Shown piece after piece: positions 10,470 through 21,286 of a DNA stretch of 64,000 nucleotides. The position numbers and the translations under genes were made by a program. Source of the DNA: Phycisphaerae bacterium. GTDB taxonomy: Bacteria > Planctomycetota > Phycisphaerae > UBA1845 > Fen-1342. Where the stretch lies: assembly GCA_050115495.1 (NCBI GenBank), contig JASFQK010000019.1, forward strand, positions 57,924 to 121,923. Direction: 5' to 3'. Every line of letters begins with the position of its first letter. Within the stretch, counting starts at the first letter, position 1. A model generated the notes under the pieces. The model worked only from the letters and a program-made list of their open reading frames with translations. It was not told the origin of the DNA and searched no databases.

Positions 10470-10985
10470 ATGAACGAATCCAGTGGATTGGACGAGCGCC
10501 CCACCATTCTGTGCGTCGACGATGAGCCGAACGTGCTGCACGCGTTGGAGCGACTCTTGCGCGTCGACGGCTGGCGCGTGTTGCTGGCCACCGACGGCCG
10601 GGCGGCGCTCGACACGCTGCAGCGCGAGCACGTCGACGTCCTGATCTGCGACCAGGCCATGCCCGGCCTGTCCGGCACGGAGGTTTTGCGGCAGGCCAAG
10701 GCGGCGTCGCCAGAGACGGTGCGGATCCTGCTCACGGCGCATTGGAGCGAAGGAGAGGTGGTGCTGCCGGCGATCAACGAGGCCGAAGTGTTCCGGGTGT
10801 TTCCCAAGCCCTGGCACGACGAGCAGGTACGCGGCGCCGCGGTCGAGGCGTTGGGGGCGGACCCGCGCACCTGGGCCGGATTGCGCCGTCGGCTGCTGGA
10901 CCGGATGCGAGGCGAGTCAGGGCCGTGCCCAGACGGCCTGACGCCGGCGGCGCCAGGCGAGCGGGCCGGTGATCCGACGGAGTAG
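10470..10985 (+). CDS. Response regulator receiver protein
   Basis: ILCVDDE, LICDQAMP, RILLTA, FPKPW. Confidence 0.9.
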   Translation: MNESSGLDERPTILCVDDEPNVLHALERLLRVDGWRVLLATDGRAALDTLQREHVDVLICDQAMPGLSGTEVLRQAKAASPETVRILLTAHWSEGEVVLPAINEAEVFRVFPKPWHDEQVRGAAVEALGADPRTWAGLRRRLLDRMRGESGPCPDGLTPAAPGERAGDPTE

Positions 10986-10988
10986 GTT

Positions 10989-13900
10989 GTGGTGCGGAAC
11001 GAGGATCAGCCGAAGACCGCTGCCGCCGGGCACGCTGCCACCTCACGCGGCGGGCGCATGGGTCCTTATTTCGTAGGGGCCCTGACGCTGTTCGCAGGCC
11101 TGGTGATCACGGCCTCGGCGTTCGTCTGGGTGCGGAATTGGGAGTCCGTGCGGATCTCGGCGGACTTTCAGCGCGACGCCGCGAGCATGATCGTCAGTCT
11201 CCGCACCGAACTCCGCAGCCACCTGGAAACGCTTCACTTTCTGCGCGAGTTTTACGCCAGAGTCCCGCGCGTCGAGCGGGCCGACTTCGAGACCTTCGTC
11301 AGTGGCGCGCTGCGCCGGCACCACGGCTTCCAGGCGATAGAGTGGATACCGCGCGTTCCCGCTGGGCAGCGCGAGGCGTTTGAGCGGGCCGTTCGTGCAG
11401 ACGGCTTCCCGGACTTCCGCATCCATCCGCCAACGAATCGAGACGAGTGCTTCCCGGTTAACTTCGTCGTTCCATTCGCGGGAAACGAAAAGGCGCACGG
11501 CTACGACGTGGCCTCCCAGCCGCAGCGTCTGGCGGCGCTTGAGACGGCTCGTGCTTCGGGGGAGATGACGGCGACGGCGCCGATCCGTCTGATCCAGGAG
11601 GCCGGCGAGCAGGCGGGCTTTCTGGCCTTCATGCCCATTTACGCGGGAGGCGAGTTCCCGGCCACGGTCGAGCAGCGGCGCGAACGCCTGGCCGGCTTCG
11701 TCCTGGGTGTCTTTCGGGCCGGCGATTTGATCGACGGTTCTGTTCAAGGGCTGGACACGGAGGGAATCGCCTACTCCGTCGACGACGTGACCGATCCGCA
11801 GCAGGCGGCCGCCATCTATCGCCATCCGGCCGAGGTCGCCGGCACCGAGGCGGCGGCGACAGCCGGCGAACCCGGCGCGCTCCGTTTCGACGATACGCTG
11901 GAAGTGGCCGGACGCCGGTGGATGCTGGTGTGTCAGCCCATCGCCGGTCACGCGGCCTTTCGAGTGTCGCGGCTGCCCTACGTAGTGCTGGCCGGGGGCG
12001 CGTTGTTCTCGTTTCTGCTGGCCGGTTACCTCAGGGCCATCGTCGGCCGGTCGGCCCGCACAGCCCGCGACGTGCGGGAGCGCACAGCCGAGCTGTCTGC
12101 GACCAACGCGCAATTGAAGAAGGAGGCGCGGGAGCGCCAGCTGGCCGATGAGCTGCTCCAACGGAACCTCGCCCGGCAGGTGCGTCTGAACCGCCTGCTC
12201 CAGGACGATTTGCCGCGTGCACCGGAGCTGGAGGACAAGCTGCAGAGGATCACGGACGCGATCGCCGAGATCTTCCACACAGATCTCTGCCGCATCTGGT
12301 TCATCGCGGCCGGCGACCGCTGCGACTCCGGCTGCGTGCACGGGAGCGCGGTGGACGGGCGGCAGGTGTGCCAACGCCGCGACCGGTGCTTGCACCTGGT
12401 CGCCAACGCCGGCCATGGGGCCCACGCCGACCGTGGCATGCAGGATCGCGTGCCGTTCGGCCAGTGTCGGATTGGTAAGGTTGCGGCGACGGAGGAAGCC
12501 AAGTTCCTTACGAATGACCTGCAACACGATCCGTGCATGCCCAAACAGGGCTGGGCAAGCGACCTGGGCCTGATGTCCTTCGCCGGCTACCGGCTGTGCG
12601 CCGCCGACGGTGAGTCGATCGGCGTCCTGGCGGTCTTCTCGCAGCGAGCGCTCGCCCCGGATGAGGACAGCCTGCTCGAGGCCATGGCCACCCACGCCAG
12701 CCACATCATCCAGGCGTCCCGCGCCGAGGACGAGCTGAAGCGGGCGCGCGACGGGCTGGAGAGCCGGGTCGAACAGCGTACGGCGGATCTGGCGCAGGCC
12801 AACCGCGCGCTGGCCAAGGAGATCGAGAGCCACTCGCGTGCCGAAGAAGCGCTGCGGGAGAGCGAGACCAAGTATCGCCAGCTCTTCGAGAGCCTCAACG
12901 ATGCGGCGTTCCTGGCGGACGTGGAGACCGGGCGTATCCTCGAAACGAACCGGTGCGGCGAGGAGTTGCTGGGGCGCACCCGTGACGAGATTATCGGGAT
13001 GCACCAACGCGACCTGCACCCGCCGGAGCTGGCAGCCGATTACGAAGTCACATTCGCGTCGCACTTCGCCCAGGGCAAGGTGGTCGACTACGACGGTGAG
13101 ATCGGCCGGGCGGACGGCACGGTCGTCCCCGTACGTATCAGCGCTGCGCCGCTCACGCTGAACGGGCGGCCTGCCCTGCTGGGACTCTTCCACAACATCG
13201 CCGAGCAGAAGCGCGCGGACGAAACCGCCCTGGCCTTCAGCCGACAGCAGAGCGTGGTGGATGCGCTCCTACGGATGGGGCTGGAGGATACTCCGCTGGA
13301 CGAGGTCCTGGAGCATTGCCTGAGTGAGATTGTCTTCAACACCTGGATGGACCTGGTGCCTCAGGGGGCGATCTACCTGGTGGAGGACGAGCCGGGTGTG
13401 CTCGTGCTGCGTGCGCGGGCCGCCGCGGGCCCCACGGAAACGGCCTGGCACCGCCGTATCCCGGCTGGACAGGGTCTGTGCGGGGAGGCGGTGACGTCGG
13501 GCGAGACACAGTTTTCCGACGGCACGGAGGCGTCTGACACGACCGGGGCGATCAGCTCCGAGGAACCGCCGCCGCACGGCCACTACTGCGTGCCGCTGCG
13601 GTCGATGCAGGGTCCGCTGGGCATGCTGGTGCTCGGCACGCCGCCGGGCTACGAGCGTTCGGTCGTGCAGGAGGACTGTCTTGATGCCGTGTCGGTGACC
13701 ATCGGCGACATCATCCAGCGCAAGCGGATGGAGGAGAAGCTGCGCGAGTCGGAGGCCCGTCACCGGGCGATCACGGAGGCGGCCCAGGACGCCATCATCA
13801 CCGCCGACGCCAACGGCCGCATTCGCTTCTGGAATCCCGCGGCGGAGAGGATCTTCGGATTCACCGCCGACGAGATCGTCGGCCAACCCGTGATCGAAGC

Positions 13901-14990
13901 GCTCGTGTCGCCCCAGGCCCGAGAGGACCGGCGACGTGATCTGGACCGGCGGGCCCGCGAGGGCGCGTCCCCCGGTCGCACGCTGGAGTTCAACGGACTG
14001 CGAAAGGACGGCGCCGAGTTCCCGATGCAGGTCTCCCTCTCCGGTTATACCGATCACGAAGGTCCCGTGACCGTAGCCCTGGTGAAGGACATCACGGACC
14101 GCAAGCGGGCTGAAGTGGAGCTGGAAACCGCCAATCGCGAATTGCAGGATGCCTCCCGGCGGGCCGGGATGGCCGAGGTAGCCTCCGGCGTGCTCCACAA
14201 CGTGGGCAACGTGCTGAACACGGCGAACGTCTCGGCGCAACTGGCCACCGACCGCGCTCGCCAGTTGCAGGTGGCCAAGCTGACCCGGGTCGTGCCGTTG
14301 CTGGAAGAGCAGGCTGCGGCCGATGAAGCGTCGCCAGCCGCCGCCAAGAACCGTCAGATCGCGCTGTATCTGCGCCAGTTGGCGGAACATCTCACCGATG
14401 AGCAGGCGAACATGCTCCAGGAACTCGGCGCCCTGCAGGGCAGCATCCGGCACGTCGCCGACATTGTGAGCATGCAGCAGACGTACGCGCGAGATTCGGG
14501 CGTGGTCGAGACCTTCTCGGTCAACAGCGTGATCAGGGACGCCCTGCGCATGAGCGCGACGTCGTTCGAGCAGCTCGGCATCGCCGTGGTTGTGCAGTGC
14601 CCCGAGCGGCTGAAGCTGACGACCGATCGGCAGAAGCTCCTGCAGATCCTGGTCAACCTGATTCGCAATGCCAACCACGCCCTGCAGGAGCGGGACGAGC
14701 CCGGCCGGCAACTGACCGTCGCCGCGACGCAGACCGACGGCGGTCGCGTACGGACCGCGGTGATCGACAACGGCGTGGGTATCGCCCCGGAACACGTGGC
14801 CCGCCTGTTCGCCTTCGGGTTCACGACCAAGAAAGACGGCCACGGGTTCGGGCTGCACAGCAGTGCGCTGGCGGTGAAGGCCATGGGCGGTTCGCTGACA
14901 GCGCACAGTGACGGACGCGGTCACGGAGCGACCTTCACGCTGGAATTGCCGGCGGAGCCAGAGAGGACGGACGATGCAAACGGCGATTGA
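10989..14990 (+). CDS. Membrane sensor histidine kinase: CHASE-GAF-PAS-GAF-PAS-HisKA-HATPase
   Basis: TM-flanked CHASE ('GYDVASQPQRLAALETARASGEMTATAPIRLIQE'); two GAF and two PAS domains; H-box 'GVLHNVGNVLN', N-box 'QILVNLIRNA', DNGVG, 'GFTTKKDGHGFGL'. Confidence 0.93.
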   Translation: MVRNEDQPKTAAAGHAATSRGGRMGPYFVGALTLFAGLVITASAFVWVRNWESVRISADFQRDAASMIVSLRTELRSHLETLHFLREFYARVPRVERADFETFVSGALRRHHGFQAIEWIPRVPAGQREAFERAVRADGFPDFRIHPPTNRDECFPVNFVVPFAGNEKAHGYDVASQPQRLAALETARASGEMTATAPIRLIQEAGEQAGFLAFMPIYAGGEFPATVEQRRERLAGFVLGVFRAGDLIDGSVQGLDTEGIAYSVDDVTDPQQAAAIYRHPAEVAGTEAAATAGEPGALRFDDTLEVAGRRWMLVCQPIAGHAAFRVSRLPYVVLAGGALFSFLLAGYLRAIVGRSARTARDVRERTAELSATNAQLKKEARERQLADELLQRNLARQVRLNRLLQDDLPRAPELEDKLQRITDAIAEIFHTDLCRIWFIAAGDRCDSGCVHGSAVDGRQVCQRRDRCLHLVANAGHGAHADRGMQDRVPFGQCRIGKVAATEEAKFLTNDLQHDPCMPKQGWASDLGLMSFAGYRLCAADGESIGVLAVFSQRALAPDEDSLLEAMATHASHIIQASRAEDELKRARDGLESRVEQRTADLAQANRALAKEIESHSRAEEALRESETKYRQLFESLNDAAFLADVETGRILETNRCGEELLGRTRDEIIGMHQRDLHPPELAADYEVTFASHFAQGKVVDYDGEIGRADGTVVPVRISAAPLTLNGRPALLGLFHNIAEQKRADETALAFSRQQSVVDALLRMGLEDTPLDEVLEHCLSEIVFNTWMDLVPQGAIYLVEDEPGVLVLRARAAAGPTETAWHRRIPAGQGLCGEAVTSGETQFSDGTEASDTTGAISSEEPPPHGHYCVPLRSMQGPLGMLVLGTPPGYERSVVQEDCLDAVSVTIGDIIQRKRMEEKLRESEARHRAITEAAQDAIITADANGRIRFWNPAAERIFGFTADEIVGQPVIEALVSPQAREDRRRDLDRRAREGASPGRTLEFNGLRKDGAEFPMQVSLSGYTDHEGPVTVALVKDITDRKRAEVELETANRELQDASRRAGMAEVASGVLHNVGNVLNTANVSAQLATDRARQLQVAKLTRVVPLLEEQAAADEASPAAAKNRQIALYLRQLAEHLTDEQANMLQELGALQGSIRHVADIVSMQQTYARDSGVVETFSVNSVIRDALRMSATSFEQLGIAVVVQCPERLKLTTDRQKLLQILVNLIRNANHALQERDEPGRQLTVAATQTDGGRVRTAVIDNGVGIAPEHVARLFAFGFTTKKDGHGFGLHSSALAVKAMGGSLTAHSDGRGHGATFTLELPAEPERTDDANGD

Positions 14991-16428
14991 AGTAGAAATC
15001 GGACGGATTCTGGTCATCGACGACCTGCCGACGATCCACGAGGACTTTCGCAAGATCCTCATTCCCGAGCGTGGCACAGCCGCCGCCCTGGCGGAGACGG
15101 AGGCGGCCCTCTTCGGCTCGGCATCGGACCAGTCGAGCACCGAGGTGCCGTGCCAGGTCGATTCGGCGGGGCAGGGACAGGAGGGGCTGGAGTACGTGCA
15201 GCGCGCCGTCGCCAACGGGCGGCCCTACTCCGTCGCCTTCGTCGACGTCCGCATGCCGCCGGGCTGGGACGGCATCGAGACCACGCAGCGTTTGTGGCAG
15301 GCCGATCCGCAGTTGCAGATCGTGATCTGCACGGCGCACTCGGACTACTCGTGGGAGGACATGGTCGCCCGGCTCGGCCGGACCGATCAATTGCTGATCC
15401 TCAAGAAGCCGTTCGACACGATGGAGGTCCGGCAGCTCGTCGCCGCTCTCATGTCCAAGTGGACGCTCGCCCAGCAGGCCCGACAACGCCTGGAGGACCT
15501 GGAACGGCGGGTGGCCGAACGCACCGACGAGTTGCAGCGGCGGAAGGACTCCCTCGAAGACGCCCTGGCCCGCCTGCAGGAAGCCCATGCCCAGCTCTTG
15601 CAGGCCGACAAGATGGCCAGCATCGGCCAGTTGGCCGCGGGCGTGGCCCACGAGATCAACAATCCGATCGGGTTCATCTCCAGCAACCTGAACTCCCTGG
15701 GGCGCTACGTCGCCGATCTGACCCGCGTCCTGAAGGCGGATGATGAGCTGGTGCAGGTGGCGCTGCAGGGCGCACCCGCCATCCAGGAGCAGGCGGTGAA
15801 GCTCCAGACGCTGCGCGAGGAGGTGGACGTGGCCTACCTGCTCACGGACATCGAGGCGCTGATCGGCGAATCGGTGGAGGGCACACAGCGCGTCCGGCAG
15901 ATCGTGTCGGACCTGCGTGACTTCTCGCACATCGACAGCCCCGATCTGACGGACGAGGACATCAACCACCTGCTGGACAAAACGATCAACGTTTGCTGGA
16001 ACGAGCTGAAGTACAAGACGGAGGTTGTCCGCGAATATGGCACGCTCCCGATCACGCGTTGCTACGGCGGCAAGCTCGGCCAGGTCTTCCTGAACCTCCT
16101 CGTCAACGCCGCCCAGGCCATCGCCGAGCGCGGCAAGATCACCGTACGAACCGGTCACGAAGGCCAGCGGGTCTGGGTCGAGATCGCCGACACCGGGTGC
16201 GGTATACGGCCCGAGAACCTCAAGCGCATCTTCGAACCGTTCTTCACCACGAAGGACGTCGGTAAGGGGACCGGGATGGGTCTACACCTGGCCTACAAGA
16301 TCGTCGAGGCGCACGACGGCAACATCCACGTCGACAGCAAGATCGGCGAGGGCACCACGTTCCGCGTCGAGCTTCCGGTGGCCGGACCGGAAGACGTCAA
16401 GGAGTTCCTCGATGAGCGCATCGCCTGA
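14974..16428 (+). CDS. Hybrid receiver-histidine kinase (NtrB-like)
   Basis: Receiver ([19 protein letters not shown]), H-box 'AHEINNP', '[10 protein letters not shown]', DTGCG, '[15 protein letters not shown]'. Confidence 0.93.
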   Translation: MQTAIEVEIGRILVIDDLPTIHEDFRKILIPERGTAAALAETEAALFGSASDQSSTEVPCQVDSAGQGQEGLEYVQRAVANGRPYSVAFVDVRMPPGWDGIETTQRLWQADPQLQIVICTAHSDYSWEDMVARLGRTDQLLILKKPFDTMEVRQLVAALMSKWTLAQQARQRLEDLERRVAERTDELQRRKDSLEDALARLQEAHAQLLQADKMASIGQLAAGVAHEINNPIGFISSNLNSLGRYVADLTRVLKADDELVQVALQGAPAIQEQAVKLQTLREEVDVAYLLTDIEALIGESVEGTQRVRQIVSDLRDFSHIDSPDLTDEDINHLLDKTINVCWNELKYKTEVVREYGTLPITRCYGGKLGQVFLNLLVNAAQAIAERGKITVRTGHEGQRVWVEIADTGCGIRPENLKRIFEPFFTTKDVGKGTGMGLHLAYKIVEAHDGNIHVDSKIGEGTTFRVELPVAGPEDVKEFLDERIA

Positions 16429-17323
16429 GACCACACCGGCCGCATCGACGGCGGCCATGGGCCGCGATGCGTCCGCGATGCCATGGGCCGCCGGCGCCTG
16501 CTCGACAAGCGTCGGCCCGCCCTGGCGCGTGCTCATCGTGGACGACGAGGAGAATGTGCTGTCGTCCCTGCGGCGTCTGCTGCGCCGGGAGCCCTATGAG
16601 ATCGTCACTGCCGACTCGGCCGAGGAGGGTCTGCGCAACCTCGCCGCGCAGCCGGCCCAACTGGTGATTTCCGACGAGCGCATGCCGGACATGACCGGCA
16701 CGGTGTTCCTGCGCGAGGTGCGACGGCGCTGGCCGAACACGATCCGCATCATCCTGAGCGGCTACTCGGCGGTCGACACGATTCTCGCGGCGATCAACGA
16801 AGGCGCCGTGTACAAGTTCCTGACCAAGCCGTGGAACGACGAGGAGCTCAAGCTCAACATCCGCCGGGCACTCGAGCAGTACGCACTCGAGGCGGAAAAC
16901 CGGCGGATGGCCTGCGAAATCGCCGAGCAGAACGCCCTGCTGTCCGAGCTCAATGCCGAGCTCGCCCAGCGGGCCGACGATGCGGTGATCGGTCTGGACA
17001 TCGCCCAGGAGCTGCTCGACTTCGCCGACGTCGGCATCCTGGCGATGGATGAGTCCGGATTGATGGTCGGCGCCAACCGCCGGGCGCGGGAGAGCTTTGC
17101 CACGACCGCCGGGTGCGTACTGGGTCTTTCGGCGGCCGAGGTTCTTCCGCCGGAGCTTCATGCCGCGGTCTGCGGCCCCGCCTCGACCGGGAGTCCGGCA
17201 CGCGCCGGTGAACTGCGGCTTGGGGATCGAGTGCTGCAATGGCGGGCGCGCCCGGTGAGAGCGCGGGCATCGAGGGGCAGTGGCCGGGGAATGATTGTCA
17301 CTATCTGGGAGGTCATCGTGTGA
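16412..17323 (+). CDS. Response regulator receiver with C-terminal PAS-like domain
   Basis: VLIVDDE, VISDERMP, FLTKPW; C-terminal 'GILAMDESGLMVGANRRA'. Confidence 0.85.
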   Translation: MSASPETTPAASTAAMGRDASAMPWAAGACSTSVGPPWRVLIVDDEENVLSSLRRLLRREPYEIVTADSAEEGLRNLAAQPAQLVISDERMPDMTGTVFLREVRRRWPNTIRIILSGYSAVDTILAAINEGAVYKFLTKPWNDEELKLNIRRALEQYALEAENRRMACEIAEQNALLSELNAELAQRADDAVIGLDIAQELLDFADVGILAMDESGLMVGANRRARESFATTAGCVLGLSAAEVLPPELHAAVCGPASTGSPARAGELRLGDRVLQWRARPVRARASRGSGRGMIVTIWEVIV

Positions 17324-18555
17324 GCGCGACAACGGTCACCAGTTTCCTCGACCATCTGGAGGCCCTGCCGCCCATGCCCGTGGCGGCACAACGCATCCTG
17401 GCCATCAGCGGGGCGCCGAACACCTCGGCCCAGGACGTGGGCCGCACCCTCAGCCAGGACCCCGCCATCGCGGCGCGCATTCTGCGGATCGCCAACTCGC
17501 CGTTCTACGGCGTGAGTCGGGAAATCGCCCAGGTCAGCCGCGCTGTCGTCATCCTCGGCAGCCGCGCCGTACGCAGCTTCGTGGTGGCGATCTGCGCGCG
17601 GCAGGCCCTGATGGACAAGGGACCGACCACGCCCGAACACACCGCGGCCTGGAACCACGCCCTGGCGGTCGCCACGGCTTCCGAGCTGATCGCCCGGCAC
17701 GTGGGGTACAAGCCCCTGGAAGAGGCCTTCGTCGCCGGCCTGCTGCATGACGTCGGGCAACTGGCCATGATCGGCTTCAAGCCCGCCCTCATGCGCGACG
17801 TGCTGCGCGGAAGACCGAGCGAAGCCTGCCGCCTGCAACGGGAACGGGACAACTTCGGCCTGGATCATACCGAAGCCGGCTTTCGCATCCTGGCGGCGTG
17901 GAAGTTGCCCGAGGCCCTCTGCGAGGCCGCCCGATGCCATCACCACCCGCCGGAGCGATTCCAGACGGAGACCGAGCGGCTTTGCGGCGTCACGCTGATC
18001 GCCAATATCTTCGCCCACCTGCTGGGGATCGGTTTCGACATCCCCGCTGGTGAGGCCGGTCATCTGGCGGAGACCGCCAAGGGGTTGGGCCTGTCCGATG
18101 CCGACCAGATGCGCGTTCTGGCGACACTGGAGCACCGTCTGGCCGAAACCCGCGAGGCCATGGAGTGCATCAGCGGCGACTCCGCGGACGGCGACGCCAC
18201 GCCCGCCAGAATGGTGGCGCTCTGGATCGGCAGCGCCCACGGCCACGAACCCCAACCGGGACGGTTCCTGCTCGAACGGGCCGGCTACGACGTCGAACAG
18301 GTTCCGGCCGGCCGGGAGTGCGACCCCCAGCGATACAGTCTCGTCGTCGCCGACTGCGGCACGGCATCTCGCGCCGACGCCGAGCGCCGCGCCGCCGATC
18401 TGGTCAGCGGGGGCTGCCGACGGCTGATCATCCTGCACGAACCGCCCGAGGGCACACACGGTCGCGAGTACGACTCCGCCATGGGCGTCTGTTTCCTTTC
18501 CCCGTTGTTCACGGCCCTGGATCTCGAGTGGGCCCGGCGACACCTGGAGCCATGA
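17320..18555 (+). CDS. HDOD domain signalling protein
   Basis: 'LPPMP', 'QDPAIAARILRIANSPFYG', 'AFVAGLLHDVGQL', 'DHTEAG..ILAAWKLP..HH'. GTGA overlap with the upstream gene. Confidence 0.9.
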   Translation: MSATTVTSFLDHLEALPPMPVAAQRILAISGAPNTSAQDVGRTLSQDPAIAARILRIANSPFYGVSREIAQVSRAVVILGSRAVRSFVVAICARQALMDKGPTTPEHTAAWNHALAVATASELIARHVGYKPLEEAFVAGLLHDVGQLAMIGFKPALMRDVLRGRPSEACRLQRERDNFGLDHTEAGFRILAAWKLPEALCEAARCHHHPPERFQTETERLCGVTLIANIFAHLLGIGFDIPAGEAGHLAETAKGLGLSDADQMRVLATLEHRLAETREAMECISGDSADGDATPARMVALWIGSAHGHEPQPGRFLLERAGYDVEQVPAGRECDPQRYSLVVADCGTASRADAERRAADLVSGGCRRLIILHEPPEGTHGREYDSAMGVCFLSPLFTALDLEWARRHLEP

Positions 18556-20318
18556 ACCCGGCGATTCTCATCATCGACGACGAGCCGCACATCACTGCGG
18601 CGATTCAACGCCTCCTGCGGCCGCAGGAGTACGAGCTGTTCGTCGCTCACGACGGCCCGTCGGGTCTGAGTATCCTGGCGGAGAAGGACGTCGCCGTGGT
18701 GGTGTGTGACCAGCGCATGCCCGGCATGACGGGCGCGGAGGTGCTGGCCCAGGCGGCGCAGAGGCGTCCGGACACCTACCGGATCACCCTAACCGGGTAC
18801 ACCGACGTGCAGTCGCTGCAGGCCTCGGTCAACGAGGGGCATGTGCAACGCCTGCTGCTCAAGCCGTGGGATGATGAGCAGTTGCGGGAGGCGGTTCAGG
18901 AGGGGGTCCGGCAGTATGAGCTGCTGCGGGAGAATCGCCGCCTGCTGGAGCTGACTCAGAAACAGGCCGCCGAACTGGCGGAGTGGAACGAACGACTCAC
19001 CGGCGAGGTCGAGCAGCGCACGCAGGAGCTCGCCCTCCGAAACCGGGAGCTGCTCCAGGCGCAGCATCGCGTCGCGGAATCACTGCACGACGTCGTCGGT
19101 GTGCTGTCGTCGCTGATCGAAGCCAGCGTGCCGAACGTGGCCCTGCACTCGAAGCGCGTGACCCACCTGGCCCGCATGCTCGGCGAGCGGCTGGAGCTCG
19201 ATCCCGACGTCCTGCGCGACATCGAGTACACCGCCCGCCTGCACGAGATCGGCGGCATCGTGCGACACGCTCCCGCCCACGGTTATGGCCGGCCTGTGCC
19301 CCACTCGCAGCGCGCCGATACGGACCGGCGGCGCGCCGAGGCCGGTTGCGCCATCGTGAGCCGCGTCCGCGGCTTCGAGCAAGTCGCTCACGCGGTGCAA
19401 TGCCAATGCGAACACTACGACGGCACCGGCGTGCCCCAGGGCCTGCGCGCTGAGGATATCCCGCTCGCGGCACGCATCGTCACCATCGCGAACGCCTACG
19501 ACGCAGCCGCCCACGCCGACGGGCCGGCGGCACGGGTTTCCGACGAAGCGGGCCGCCGCGCCCTGATCAACGGCATGAGCCGCGTGTATGACCCGCTGCT
19601 CGTGAGGGAGTTCCTGGAGGGCCTCGACGCGCTCGGCAGCGCCAACACCGACGACCAGGAGGTCGAACTGCCCCCCGAGCAGGTCCGGCCGGGCATGGTG
19701 CTGTCGCGCGACCTGCGTAACGTCCACGGCGTCCTCGTCCTGCGACGCGCCACCCGCCTCACCGAGGAGCAGGTCGGCCACATTCGCGACATGAGCGCCG
19801 CCGACCCCCTGCTGTCCGGCGTGTTCGTGAGGTGCGAGACCGAAGCGGCGGCCGAGCACCCGTCGCGACCAGCCAAGCTCCCGCCGGCGACTCCGCCCCC
19901 GCCGCCGCCGCGGCAGTCCGCCATGTCGGCGCGGATACTGGTCGTCGATGACGATGATCTCGTGCGCCGTGCCCTGGCGCGCGAGCTGCGCAGCATGGGC
20001 TGGCAGGTGACGTACGCCCGGGACGGCCGGGAAGCCCAGGACATTCTGGAAGACAACGAGTTCGACATGCTCATCGTGGACGTGGCGATGCCCGTCATGA
20101 CCGGCCCGGCCCTGGTGGCCCACGTCCAGCAGTGCTGGCCGGACCAGCCGTGCCTGGTCCTCACCGGCCATGCCACCCGCGAGCAGCTCGAACGGCTCAC
20201 CCAGGCCACCAACGTCATTGGGATCCTGGCCAAGCCCTGGGATCACGACCGACTGGTCAAGCTGATTCGCGAAGGCATCGCCCAGAGTAAACGCAAAGCC
20301 GGCGGGGACACAGACTGA
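18552..20318 (+). CDS. REC - degenerate HD-GYP - REC protein
   Basis: N- and C-terminal receiver domains. Central HD-GYP-like region (HSKRV, LHEIGG, EHYDGTGVP, IPLAARIVTIANAYDA) with substituted metal ligands. Confidence 0.85.
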   Translation: MNPAILIIDDEPHITAAIQRLLRPQEYELFVAHDGPSGLSILAEKDVAVVVCDQRMPGMTGAEVLAQAAQRRPDTYRITLTGYTDVQSLQASVNEGHVQRLLLKPWDDEQLREAVQEGVRQYELLRENRRLLELTQKQAAELAEWNERLTGEVEQRTQELALRNRELLQAQHRVAESLHDVVGVLSSLIEASVPNVALHSKRVTHLARMLGERLELDPDVLRDIEYTARLHEIGGIVRHAPAHGYGRPVPHSQRADTDRRRAEAGCAIVSRVRGFEQVAHAVQCQCEHYDGTGVPQGLRAEDIPLAARIVTIANAYDAAAHADGPAARVSDEAGRRALINGMSRVYDPLLVREFLEGLDALGSANTDDQEVELPPEQVRPGMVLSRDLRNVHGVLVLRRATRLTEEQVGHIRDMSAADPLLSGVFVRCETEAAAEHPSRPAKLPPATPPPPPPRQSAMSARILVVDDDDLVRRALARELRSMGWQVTYARDGREAQDILEDNEFDMLIVDVAMPVMTGPALVAHVQQCWPDQPCLVLTGHATREQLERLTQATNVIGILAKPWDHDRLVKLIREGIAQSKRKAGGDTD

Positions 20319-21286
20319 CCGCGACCAGCGGTCCACCCGCATCCATGTCGTGCGCCGGTCGGCCGCACACGTGCTCCACACGGACCGGACCGGCTGCACC
20401 GTTACCGGCGCGCGTCTGGAAGTGCACATGAAGCACACTGTCACCTCTGCCAGGCACATTCATCAGGGGACCCGTCATAGCGTCCGAACGCCTGTCCCTC
20501 CGCCGGTTGATACATGGATTGGGGCCGGCCCGCGTGGTCTCTTCACTACACTGTCTGCCAGCTGCATCCTCAGACGAACCACGTTGTGATTCTGTATACA
20601 CCGACGTCGGTCCGCCATTGTCGTCGGGCTCGCGCGCGTATTCGTCGTTCAGTTTCTTCTGGCACACACTGCTGTTGCGCAAACACAAAATCACCAAGTA
20701 CAGATAACCGCTGGATTGTGTCGATGCGCATATCACCATGCGAAGGCGAGAGATATGAGATGCGTCTCCGAGCCACGTGGTTCGGCGCCGCATTTCCCGC
20801 TTGACACCTTCCGTGGCGTGAGTTACTTACTCTAATAAGGAGTCCCACTCGAGGGGATCGGTGTGGGTCGCGTTTGCTGCAGTAGCTAATACGTATATCC
20901 GTGCCTTGGACGGGTCTCGTACATTTCCAGGGAGGTAGAGGTGTGCGCTGTCCAGGAACGATGTTCTTTCTGCGCCTGTCTCGCCACGCGCCGATCAGAT
21001 CGCTGGCATTGTGTGTTCTGCTAGCGCTATCTGGGGCAGGAACGTTACCTGCGGCGCACACTAATCTCTCTCTAAGCTGGGTGGCTCCACCTGCGGATGT
21101 GAATGGAGCGTACGTGCGGATCGACGGGGACCTTCGGTCGGCCGCACACGCACGTTCGCTGGATTGTGATGCACTGTCCTTGAAGCAACATACGGCCGGC
21201 ATTGCGCTTTCCCCGCCGGCTGTTACGGGGATACGCATATACACGGGTTCGCACGATCGTCATCTGTACTGCCTGTGAGGTCAAAC

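Noticed and set aside
20356..21150. 16-bp direct repeat CGGTCGGCCGCACACG at 20356 and 21135
   Set aside because: Only two copies, GC-rich, no transposase or inverted repeats; significance cannot be established by eye.
20901..21278. 125-aa ORF with a hydrophobic stretch upstream of the Cys-rich gene
   Set aside because: Atypical codon usage, no recognisable domain; cannot be supported as a gene.
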